A DNA stretch of 64,000 bases. It comes from Daphnia carinata (lineage: Eukaryota). Numbering within the stretch: position 1 is the stretch's first letter; each line of letters opens with the position of its first letter. Below the pieces are notes generated by a model. The model saw nothing but the letters and a program-made list of their open reading frames with translations. It searched no databases and was not told where the DNA came from. The translations under genes were made by a program, and so were the position numbers. The stretch covers positions 3,844,001 through 3,908,000 of the forward strand of contig NC_081331.1 in assembly GCF_022539665.2 (NCBI RefSeq), written 5' to 3'. Shown here piece after piece: positions 37,859-49,968 of this stretch.

Positions 37859-40800
37859 ATGGATGTAAATGAGTTAAGTGTAAGAGGGGATGTGGACTGT
37901 AGGAAGCCACGACTTGTACATACCAGTGAAACGTCCACTCACAATGGACATGTCAGCACAATAAATCTATCCTATCAGGTAATTTCAATTCATTTGCAAT
38001 AATGCTTGGATTTGGTTTTATTAACCAAATGTTTTTCTGTTTAGATTGTTTTACAAGACCACAACTATGGAGCTCCCCTACCCTCGCATAATAATGACCC
38101 TTCATACGCTGTCCAGTGTAAGCAAGAAGCATCTGATTCCCACACTTCCAGTGTTGCCCCTGTATCACATTCACAGCGAGGGGGCTTGAAAACCCTGAAT
38201 CCCCGATCCCCTGCCATTAGCCCTCAGACAGGACGGGCAAATAAACCAAATGGTGTTAATTCCACGTTGACCAAACGACAAAGGACAACCAGTGGTAACA
38301 GTAATGGAGTTGGATCTAATTCTAACGTCACCTCTCCCATTCCGGTCGGTTCCCGACGGCCGGGTATGCACGAGACTCCTAAGAGCCACAGTAATCTGCC
38401 AACCCCTCCATTGGTGCCCAAGGGTTCTCCTGGATTTCCCCCCTATGTTGGGGATTTAAATTCTCATCTCTACGCATCGATTTCAAGTGAAAAGACTCCC
38501 ATCAAGGATGAACCCAGAGGCCCGGTAATCACCAACGGTTCGTCAGGCCTCTCCAGTTACTTCGGTGGCTGGTATCGCGGTAGTGGCGGGAACAATGCGG
38601 AACGAGTGAGATCTCGGTCGGACATGCGCGACAGTTTCAACGATGAAGACTCGAATGATGGCAGCTTAGGCAACAGTCCGCGCATGGCCACCGAGACGGA
38701 CCATGAAGGCGAAGAAACTGAAACGGCGAATGAGTGTGAGGATGAAGAGGACGAACAGGACGATGTCGATCTCGGTCTTCTTGGTGGAGGACGTGATTTG
38801 ACGAACGTTGATGAAAGCGTTACACGCTGTATTTGGTAAACCACCGTAACATTATGATATATATTATTGGACTAATGCATTGTTCTCTTTTAGCAAATTC
38901 GGACACGATGATGGTTATATGATTTGTTGTGATCGATGCTCGTAAGTTATTCAAATGAGTCGTATGGTAGAAATGATAACAGTATTATAATTCTTAAATC
39001 TATTGCAGAGTATGGCAACACGTTGATTGCATGAATTTGGATCGTAATAACATACCCGACGAATTCCTGTGTGAGTTGTGTCAACCGCGCCGAGTGGATC
39101 GGGCTAGAGCTCGGGCTATTCAATATCGAAAGCGGCAGGAATTTCGCCTCTCCACTCCTCCGCCGTCAAGTAGCCTCGATCGCGCTTTGGTGACCCGCAG
39201 AGAGAGAAGCAAGGACAGGACCAAAAATGATGATTACATTGACGTCGAAAAAACTTCCAAAAAGTTTCAAAAGAATTCCACCATCAACAATACTGGGTCA
39301 AAGTATACGCGGGGTGGTGCCAAAGGTGGAAGCGCTACAGCTGACAGAAATGAAAAATTTCAGCGGGCTGGCAAGCGAGTCGGACAACCAAAATGGAGAA
39401 GGAAGGGAAACGAGAAGCAAGAAGAATCCGTACCGCGAAAGAGAAAGGTAAGTTTCTATTTGGTATACTCTCTAAATCTTCTTTAATCCTCTTAAAAAAA
39501 CTGTACAAAATATTTAATTTCATTTTCATGAAAATTCAAGATGTTCCGAACTAAATCTTCATCGGACGTGATCGATGTTGGAGGTCCGTCGTCTTCGACT
39601 ACCGAGAATAGTCCATCAGGAGGAAGGAACCATCCCAGCGGTGAACTTCTGCTTCAATGGATTGACCATTACGAGGAAGCTGTCACCAATCATTACTCTC
39701 CCGAGTTAAGAGCTCGCGTGTCAGCCGTCCGACCTAATGGGTTGGGTGGCGAATTGCTTTCTCCGCCTTCTGCCACACCTGCTTACCGGCTTGCCAGTAA
39801 AGCTGGAGGATACAAAGTAGTGTAATTTTATTTCGATTTTGTGTAGTGTAAGGCTTTGCTTTGTTCATAATTTTTTTAATTATTATTATTCCTATTTGCA
39901 TACATATTTTTTAAATTATTTTATGTATTAAAAAAAAATTCTTGTGTAGACGTTAGTCGCTGCAATCCCGATTCGCTGCGGGTCGCCTGTAATCGAATGT
40001 CGTGGAAAATATATGCTGGCCAGCCAACTGAGGCCGTACAAATCGGGGGATGGCCCTGGACTTAGTGGAAACGGCGCGTCAGCTCTCCGTCCGACGCCTC
40101 ATATCATCTTCCACCACCTTTTAGCCAGTAGCACTGACAACACCACACCTGCTGTAGAGATGTGTGTTGACGGGCGCAGTTATGGCAATGAGGCTCGGTT
40201 TGTCTGGCAATCCTGTCAACCTAATGCCGAGGTAAGTTGTCTAAATATTATTACGCAAAATAAAATGAAACGTAGGCTTCTATAAACTTATGAATTTTTC
40301 TTTGTTTTGCAGCTAAAGCACAAGGTTGAAAAAGGTTCTGTCCATTTGTTTTTGGTAGCCAAAACTGATATCCTTGAAAGCGAGGAGATCACTGTAGTGC
40401 ACGATGTAAAAAATCCACTGCCTTGTCCGTACGAAGGTTGTCCACACATGAGGAACAAAGACAGTGGAGCTCGAACTGGATTAAGCCAAGCTACCAACCC
40501 ATTATCAGTTCTCTCTCCAGTGGAAGCCGACCGTAAGCGCCGAAGGAGAAGAACAGATTCAACAGCAAATGATCCTTCTTCCAGTGTCGCAATTGGTGCG
40601 GTGAATGTGACTCCGGAATCGTCGATTGCAACACCGGTAGCTTCTGTTCCCAATGCCCAGGTGTCGGTACCAGCAACTCCACCTATGCCGTGCGCCCTTC
40701 CACCAACGCCCGTCAAGCGCCATCAGCGTACCCCTTCCAAGGTTTCATCTGTCGTAACAGAGGGAGAAGATTCTCAAGATGACAGCGTAAACCTTCAAGA

Positions 40801-43075
40801 CGAAACGGACGGACAAGGCTCAGTAGACAACGAAACAACATCGAACAAGAAGCCATTGGTAAGAATGACTTTGACATTTTTTTGTTCTCTCGTGTGTTAT
40901 TTTTTTAACCGTGCTGTATTTTGGTACGATTACAGTCGCGCGAGGAAAGGAAGATGGAAGCCATTATGAAAGCCTTTGAAAGAATGGAAAAGGCCCAACA
41001 AAGACGCCAAGAATCGATAGCCAAAACAACGCATCGCAAAGATCCTAGGGATGACAAAGATGACAGGTGATGAAGTAGATTCTCCACCTCCTCCTCATGG
41101 ATCGGGAAGCACTGGCGCAAATGAGAAACGTTCAGTGGTGGTACAGGAAGCCAGAAATAAAACTTTCCGTAGAGGGTTAGTTCTTGTTATTTCCTAAATT
41201 TATTTTTAACTCGTGGCATTAACGTATTTAATCATTGTTTACAGACTATGCAGGAAGCGAGGTGGTCGTATGCGAAGGTCCAGTAGTGGGACGAGTGTCA
41301 GCGAAAGTTCACGTGTACGCATGCGAGCATTATCCGGTGAGGTTCATTCAGGGCATTCGGCTACTGAAGAAGAATCTGAACATGGTGGTAGCAGCAGCAG
41401 TCCCGGCCAACCTAATCCGGGGACACCTAGCGATGACCCTTCTACTATGGCTTTTAAATGTCCCAAAACCAAAAAGGTTTGTCGATAAAACCCATCGTTT
41501 GGATCGTTCACGTCATTCTGTCAACGTTGCATTTCACAGGTGGTTTTCAATAATTGGAGTGGTGATGGAAGCGAGGTGAACGGGAATAAAGGAGATTCCA
41601 ATGATCTGCTGGGCGGTTCAAATTCTCTCTCCCTTTCTGTGCCAGTATGTTATATGAGGAACCCCAACCCGCGAAGTCCAACCCGGCCATTGCGGACAGC
41701 CCACCTGCGGTATGGCGCGACGACAACCCAACAATCTGCATCAGACTCGAAATCTTCCTACAACATGATTTTGAATGGTTGCAGGCCTTCCACCCTGGCT
41801 TCATTGAAATCTTCGGCGGGTTCGGCTTCTCCCGATCCACACGGAGAAGGAGGGCACTCCAACGATGAAAATTCCTGGATAGCGCCTTTACCTGGTAGTG
41901 GTGGGCCCGGCGGTTCGGCCAAAAAGCGCTGGTTGAGGCAGGCCATCAGTGAAGAAACAGAAACCGAATCGCCAACGAGTGGCGGTTGTTTAGGTGTTGG
42001 TGGCTTCGGATCAGGTGGTACAGTGCCAGCCAATGAAGTGTTGGATCACGTTACTCCTCTCAAAAAGAGACGCTTAGCTAGGGCATCTCTGTCATCTGAG
42101 ACATCGTTCACGCCACCATCGACACCTACACCATCCAACGTTGGTGTCACCGGATCGAATGAAAATGTTTCCAACGAATCGGGATTGCAGCCGTTGATGG
42201 AAAAGGAAGAATCTAACGCGGAATCCCTTTCAGCTGAAAATAGTCGAGGAACTCCACCAGAGTTTGACGATGGATTGAGTGAAGGGCATCAGGCTCAACA
42301 GCAACAATCTGTTGGCCATTCAAACGAAGCTTCTGATCCACCCACTCCGCCGCCACCGCCTACGGTAGAAATGGCGAAAGCCATCGTTAGTTTGAGTTCG
42401 CCAACGAACGGTTACGTTAGCGAATCTTCTCAGCAAATGTGGGCGTCGCAATCTGAGGAACATGTACAAGTACAGCCAGAGGCAAATGTCGTTGCTTTCG
42501 CGTCGGTAGATGAGCACGTAAGTGCTGCAGCTGCCCTCACACAGTTTCATGAAGGTGGCCTTTTTATTTCATCGTCTCGACCAACGTGGGAGTTTAGGGC
42601 TCCAGACGCCCAATTCATGCGGGGTCGGAATCCTAGTGACGTGCCAGATGCTGTAACTACGGATGTGGTTCAAGAAGTTATCCGTGAAGAAAAGCCTAAA
42701 CCCGTGAAAAGAAAGGTTTGAGCATTCAAACACGACGTTGGAATGTATATCAATTTTTTCACTCTCGTTTTTATTTTCTTGCAGCTTTCCATTCTGGAAT
42801 ACCGCCAACGCAAGCAAATTGCCTTCAGTGACGGCAGCGATGGACCGACGAAAGAAGAGCCAAACCAGAATGAAACATTGGCGCTCAAGGCACAGCGAGA
42901 CTCGGTAGCTGACGAGAATTCCGATTCGGATCCAGCTACTACAACGAGGACCAAGGATCCGCCAATCCTCGGGCTTTCGGCGGATGATTCTCACTCCAAG
43001 TCCGAGAGCACCGCAGATGATTCCAACACCAGTTCGTCTTTTGAAGGGGACGAAGAAGCACCCACATCTTTGTAA
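37859..43075 (+). CDS. KMT2E: PHD + SET-domain protein of the KMT2E(MLL5)/SETD5/upSET family; start uncertain (37769 or 37859); frame anomaly at about 41065
   Basis: DHNY HCF-binding motif, PHD [45 protein letters not shown], SET-like GNEARFVWQSCQPNAE, SREERKMEAIMKAFERMEK, AKKRWLRQA, KRKLSILEYRQRK. Confidence 0.88.
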
Positions 43076-44984
43076 AATAAAGAGGAAAAAGAATAATGGG
43101 GAAAGAAGTAATAAAAAGATGGAACTGCGATGGAGATACAACAACTACACAAGCCACAAGTAAGGGGAAAATTGATTTTCCCTACCCTGAGATAATTGCT
43201 AATGCGTTTGTTGGTTGATTAACCCCTTTTTTTCTAACATTTACCCAGATTTTTTTTTTATTATTATTTTTATTACTATCATTATTATTATTATGAATTC
43301 AGCGCACTTGGAGGGTTGGGATTTCCATTTATCATTTCACCCTTTTTTTTCTGAAACAAGGGGGAGTTTTGAGAGCCGTCGGGACCGGCTGCAAAATCTC
43401 CTCCTACCCAATTCATTTTGCGCCTTTTCCTTTCATTTCGTCTCTCACGCTTTGTCTCTAGACACTCACAAACGATTCGTTAACGAAAACGAAAAGAAAA
43501 CAAGTGAAAACCAGAGCCCCTTGACGAGTTACCTTTTTTGATCTCCGATTTTCCCTCTTTTTTTCCCTTTCTTATTTTTCCTTTTTTCCGCCATTCAGTT
43601 TAAACCGTGTTTTTTTTTTTCCCTACAAACCCTGCGTTCCTTCTTACTCTGTCTGTTCTTTGCGTACACCAGACACTTATATTATTATTATTCCTCCTTT
43701 GTTAATTCATTATGATAATTTGGCCGGCTTTATTATCGCTTTTTTTTTCACGCCTTTCTCGTGGGCTGCGTGAGTGTTCTATATTGTATCGGTGGGGGTT
43801 TTTTCTTTGAATGTTTAATTTACGCGTACACGGCTTGAGTAGCGCCTCCGATTGACCTGTTTTTCTCTGCTGACCTTAAAGTAAAAAGAAGAAAAAAAGG
43901 GGGGGAGTTAAGAAATATGTGAAAACGAAGTGGCTTTGAGATGCATCCTATACTATATTGAACACAGAAAAAAAAAATCCGCCATGCTCTATATATGTAT
44001 ATTTTTGGTCGTTCTGAGACGGTGACGGGCGGAAACAGAAAAAAATGCGGATGATTGGTTCAACTGTACCTGCGATATTATTAAGATGTGTGTTGTGTTG
44101 AATTGTTTTGTTCCCTTGTCTCCTTTTTGTTTTCATTTTTTCTTCTTTTTTTTAAATATTTTTGTCGCGAATGCCCCCTTTTCTTGTCGTTTACGGAAAA
44201 ATATTGTATTTTTTTTTTTGTCCTATCTTTCACGCGGGAGAGATTCGGATAGTATTTTTGTTTTGTCGAATGTCGTTCTTCCGATTCTTTCCGTTTTCCT
44301 TGTTTTCTTTGAATACCAGACTATAAAACATCAATACAGAAATATGGGAAATGGTTAAAGGGATAATCGGTCGCTGTTAAGAAATCTCGCGTAGATTTTC
44401 ATGGTCTCCTTTTCACTTTCTTCGTTCGCTGCGTGTCACTGTGCAAAAACGTGGGAAAAAGACAAAGTGCGTTGGATTAATTATCCCCCCTCCCCGTCGT
44501 GCGATTCCTCCATTTTGAATTCCCTGCGTATTTCGATTTTTTTCCCTTCCGAGTGTATGAAACAATTCGGGTTTTTGCCAGCATCCAAAATGAAGATGTA
44601 AAGTGTACAGTTACGTTTCTATCCGTCTATCTTATCGTCTCTATCCATGCTATAATTACAATATAAGTCTGCGGAAATCGGTCCTATAAACTTTCTTATC
44701 TAACCACATGCCCTTTCTTTTCTTCCCTGTCTGGCTGTCCTTCATATAATTATCTGGTAATTTCTTTACTCTCAGTACCTACCCAATATTCCCCTTTGCC
44801 CGTGTGTGCTTTTGTTATACCTCTATGTATCTGTTACAACTATAAGGCTCAGTAAGAAAGGTTGGCATTCTACCGCAATTTGAATTGCTGCATTACACAC
44901 AACATCCTTTGTATTCTTACAAAAAAAATGAAAATCGTGATCGTTTATTATTTCTTCGTCGTACAAATTTCGCCACTTCGGCCA

Positions 44985-46044
44985 CTACTTCATATCTTTA
45001 TCATGTTCGTACAATGCCAACAAATGCTCGATGATATTCCAGATATCTTCTTTCTTGGCAGCTTTGTGGAAGGCCTAAAACGAAATGCCACACAAAAGAA
45101 AATCAACCAAAGCCACAATTTTTTTTGTTAACGACATGCATATTTACCTCATGCCAACTGAGCTGATCCTGCTCGGTTGTACAAGGAATCACTATTCCAC
45201 AAACCTGGAGCCCAAAGTAAATGACAGCCAAGGCAATCAATTGTGGTTCATACTGAATGATGACTTTGCAATGGTGGAAATCTTGTAAGAAAGTCCAGCA
45301 CAATTTCACCAGTGTGGATTTTTCCCACACAGCTGGAGAAATCCAAGATGACAAAGTTTTCAAGTAATTCAGCATATACTGTTGGGAGAGTTCAGGATGT
45401 GTACATGTACTATATGTGTGATGCAGAATGTTACTTCTTATATGAGGAACTTACCAGATGAATATCTGGGTTGATGGTTTTGAAATTAATCATCCTCATT
45501 GTCAATAGCTCAGCTTGAACTATGGAATCTCTGTAATTCCAGTATTCTTCAGATAAATCCAGAACATCAGTGTCATGATTAAGAGTCCTATGAACAACAT
45601 TAATAAGATCCCTGATCTTGACGGGTTCATCTTGCTGCTTGCTGGCAATATAAAGTGCAGTAGCTGCAATCATCTGTATAATTTAAACCTTCCTAATTAG
45701 GTACTATATTTTTATATACTATTTCGTTGGCTTACATAAGGATCATAACTAGAATCGTTGACAGCATCTAGAAACCTATGATAAATCTGGGCAGCTACAG
45801 CTGACGTGAGTGGATTTGTTTTCAATTTGGTTCCTAGTGAGGCAAAGAAAATTAAAGGTAAATCGAAGAAGATGCATATTTAGCTCGACTCACCGCATTC
45901 GAAAAGAAATCTAACAGCCAATTCCTGTGCACTATGATGGTTGTTGGCGCTTTTGTATTGTATTGGGCTTGGGCATTCTGGCGCTTGGTGTGTCTGTGTC
46001 TCAATGATTGGTCGAAATTTGGAACTAAGCAAATTAGACGTCAT
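44985..46044 (-). CDS. CCNQ: Cyclin Q (cyclin M/FAM58A), 5 exons
   Basis: RFLFECGTKL, AAQIYHRF, YDPYMIAATALYIASK, KIRDLINV, YWNYRDSIVQAELL, WTFLQDFHH. Confidence 0.88.
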
Positions 46045-49000
46045 GTTTGAATCCATTACTGATAGGAGTACGTAAAATATAACGAATGGTGGTCAGGAAA
46101 TATTAAACAATCGTGTACTCCTAACACGCGAAATTTGATTGCTGCATTTTTTGAACAATTACGGGCATACTACTCAGAAAGCCTCTTCTAGCTACATATG
46201 GGCATCTGCTAGCGAAAGAAGAGGGAGGGGGAGAAATCAATAATCAAGTCGAGACTCAAGAGCTTGAAGACAGATCTCTAGTATTCTTTAGACAGAGACG
46301 CACTCTTTTCTTTCCCCAAGCGTAAAATCCTCTATTATACAGGCTGTATTATGTCAATTCTGCGAGTAATTGCTTGTTTTTGTTGTTTCATAAGACGTTG
46401 AGTTTAAAAATAATGGGCACCTTTGGCGTGTTACATAAGGGTCTTCCACTTATTATATGCTAGGAAACGTGAAACAAAAACAAGACTTCTTTGGAACATA
46501 AAACGGAAAACATTCGTCAAATATAGCCATAGTAGGTAAAGCGTGGCACATCATATATATACCCTTCATGCCTCGCCGCGCTGGCGCGTAGTCCTCTAAT
46601 CAATAGATTCGGCCGAGTTTCTCTATTCTCTTGATAGGTGAATAATAAAATAAAAGCTGCGCAAAGAGTGACGCAAAGACGGAAATTCCAAGTTGGTCGC
46701 ATTGAGTTGCTTTATTCCCAACCCCCTTTTTATTCTTATGACCATTTGTTATGTTAATTTATGGGGTGTTTTTCTCATTTTTTTAAATTCTTTTTTTTTT
46801 ACGTAACCGAAAAGCTTATAGTATATCCAGTTCGCCTTCCAGCTAAAAACTGTTTCGAACTAGATCAAATGTACATGTGCAACTGTGCATGCCCTACTAC
46901 TTTAGAACTGCCACCTGAATATAACATCACGTGATGTAGGACTCCCTTTTTTCCCCCCATTGACGTCTGCCAGTGTCCCTGTCGGCCATTCGTTTAAAAG
47001 CAGAAAAATACCATACACAATGGCGGCGGCTGCGGGTCCGCGTCGGCGCATCCGTTCCTGTAGAGAAGCGTACCATACTTTTGGTGAACGGGCGTTTATA
47101 TATGCAGCTTTATATCAGAAGAGCTGGGGAAAGGGAAACGACACCCTTCGCCCGACCGATGCAGTCGCCGGTGTACGGCGTAACCATCAGGGATTGCAAC
47201 AATACGCGCTCCAGAAATTAAGCACAAGCGAAAAAAACTGTCATATAAATCCAACAGTTTCGGTTACTCTGTTCTGGTTGACGCAAGATTGTGAATTCAA
47301 TCGTAAAAACTAGAAGAACTCGCGGTGCTACATAAATTTTTTTCGCTTCATTTTCTGTCGTTGAACAAATCCAAAGTGTGGCCATTAATCCGAGTGGATT
47401 GGAAATTTAAGAATCACAGGTCAGTTATTTCACGTATTAAAACTACATTTTCAACCCACATTTACCTTGTATTTTCTGTTGTATTGATTGTATGCTATCT
47501 GTTTGTACGAGGTTAAGCAAACACAGGCACAACCCAACCACAAGTATGGCGGCGGGACCTAAAAGCGGGGAGGGAACGGGTCGTGCAGGAAGCGTGCGTT
47601 TTATCCGCTATTGTGTAGCCACCAGAATTGAGATACGATTATTTTTTAAGGAAAATGTTAGCTAAAAAACAAGCAATTGTATTGCGTAGCGTCATGTGAC
47701 AATGATTCATTTACAAAAAAACATCGAGAGTTAATCAATAAGTATCGAACGAGAGGTCGCTATATCGTTCGTTGACTTGGCCAGCGACGGATTCTCTTTT
47801 TGTCCTTCTAAATGGGAGGGTCTTAGAGTATTTTCCTGAGTAGGATTTGATTTGAACAAGAATGGCGCACAGCTGCAAGTTTATTCCGTACATTAGCTCA
47901 TGGCGTGCTTTCAGTGTGAGATATTGGTTTTTATTGATTCGATCACAAATGCGTTGCTCCTTTCTTCGTTTTAAGGACGTTTTTCTGGCGCTTTTTATTG
48001 AATCATGTTCGCTTCGTTGAAGTATAGTTTCCCACCAAAGTGCCTAAGAGCTACCTTTCACTTCCTTACATTTAAGCCATTTGCACGAATGCGTGAAAAG
48101 CACGGTCGATTCTGCCGAGCTTCATTTGCATAGGTCGTAACTTTGGAACGAGATTGCGCAGCGAATCAAAACGCCCACAAATTCTTCCTGTTGCAAAAAT
48201 GCAGCCTTGACAAATTAATAGTTGACGACAAAATTGGCTGTACAGGAATAAGCAAGATGGATTCGTTTGAGGGGGAACAACATGTTTCACTTAGACGCCA
48301 ACGTACAATTTTTTTTTATTGTTATGGAGATGGTTGAAGGCTACGCCATCTACCAGTAGAAGCTCTATATCACGGCCGGCTCGTTTTAAACAGCAACGAA
48401 TCAATATCCAAGAAGGATGACGCTAAGGACATACCAATTACTAAAAGAACTAACCACATGTATAAAATCAGAAATAATCTAATTTTCCACAAGACTTTTA
48501 TTGATGCGAGGACGGCATTTCTTTTATTCTGTCTATTGAAAGTTTCGAACTAATCGATGGTAACACCAGCAGCTTGAGATCTCGTGACGTCAACAGTCTT
48601 CCTTTCCTCCTTCGTCAGCGTAGATAGATCAATAGAGAGCGGAAAAATCAAGTTTTGTTGCCATTCTGTTGCAGGACTTGTTATCTTAACGTTTCGATTC
48701 TCAGAACAAAACCATGGCGAGTTGATGAAGCGAGAGACTAAAAACTATCCATGCGACGAGCGCTTTGAATTTGCTGTTCGCTGCAAAAATACTGATATCC
48801 CTTTACACAAAGATGCTGCATGTAGAGAGAAAGGGTAACTCATATACCTTCTCTATGTGTACAGAGGAAACATAAGTATTGATTCCATGGGGTTTTGGAC
48901 AGAAAACATCTCCCCCTCCACTTTTTATTTTGTCTGTCTTCTTACACCGATATATCGATCGGTACTTGTTCTAGATTCAGCCGGACCATTGGAAAAGAAA

Positions 49001-49101
49001 GCGACCAAAAAGACTACGTGCATTCCTACTCGTTTCGTGAATAACTTTTTTTTTTCCTTTGCTGGACCTTAGGATTGTAGAGCCAGCAAGGCGGCATCAG
49101 A

Positions 49102-49968
49102 ATGTCGGTAGGCCAAGACAACCGGTGGCAGAAGGATGCGGCCGACCAGAATTTCGATTACATGTTCAAACTGTTGATCATCGGCAACAGCAGCGTGGGC
49201 AAGACATCATTTCTCTTTCGTTATGCCGATGATTCCTTCACTTCGGCCTTCGTTTCAACCGTCGGAATCGATTTCAAAGTCAAGACCGTCTTCCGCCAGG
49301 ACAAGCGAGTCAAACTCCAGATCTGGGTAAGGCAACCGCAAAAGGCAGTGAACTTTTGTTCGGTATTTAAAGCGTTTTCATTCACGAAATTTTTATTCCC
49401 CCAGGACACGGCAGGCCAGGAGCGATACAGGACCATTACAACAGCATATTATCGCGGTGCTATGGGATTTTTATTGATGTACGACATTACCAATGAAGAA
49501 TCTTTCAACAGCGTTCAAGATTGGTGAGCACGTTTATTTGAAATGCCACGTTTATCTACAAGCTATAGCTTTTCTTGTGTTATACAGGTGTACCCAAATC
49601 AAGACTTATTCTTGGGATAACGCTCAAGTCATCCTAGTCGGCAACAAATGCGATATGGAAGATGAACGCGTCATCTCCTACGAGAGGGGTAAGCAGTTGG
49701 CTGACCAGCTCGGTTTGGAGTTCTTTGAAACCTCAGCCAAGGAGAACATCAACGTCAAGGTGAGTTGCAAATGATAATTTTAACTGTTTAACTAAATGTG
49801 ACGTCCTTTTATTGTTTCTATTAGGCTGTGTTTGAACGTCTGGTTGACATTATTTGCGACAAAATGTCCGAGAGTTTAGACAGCGATCCTAATATGGTGA
49901 ACTCATCCAAAGGAACACGATTGACGGACCAAACTCCTGCCCCCAACGCCGGCGCTTGCCAGTGCTGA
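49102..49968 (+). CDS. Rab3: Ras-related protein Rab3, 4 coding exons
   Basis: [59 protein letters not shown]-terminal CQC prenylation motif. Confidence 0.97.

Noticed and set aside
40160..40232. Degenerate SET motif (RFVWQSC instead of RFINHSC) in KMT2E
   Set aside because: Loss of the catalytic NHS motif is an established feature of the MLL5/SETD5/upSET family, not novel
43076..44900. T-rich ORFs and (ATT)n runs downstream of KMT2E
   Set aside because: Low-complexity long 3'UTR; the Phe/Ile-rich translations are compositional artefacts
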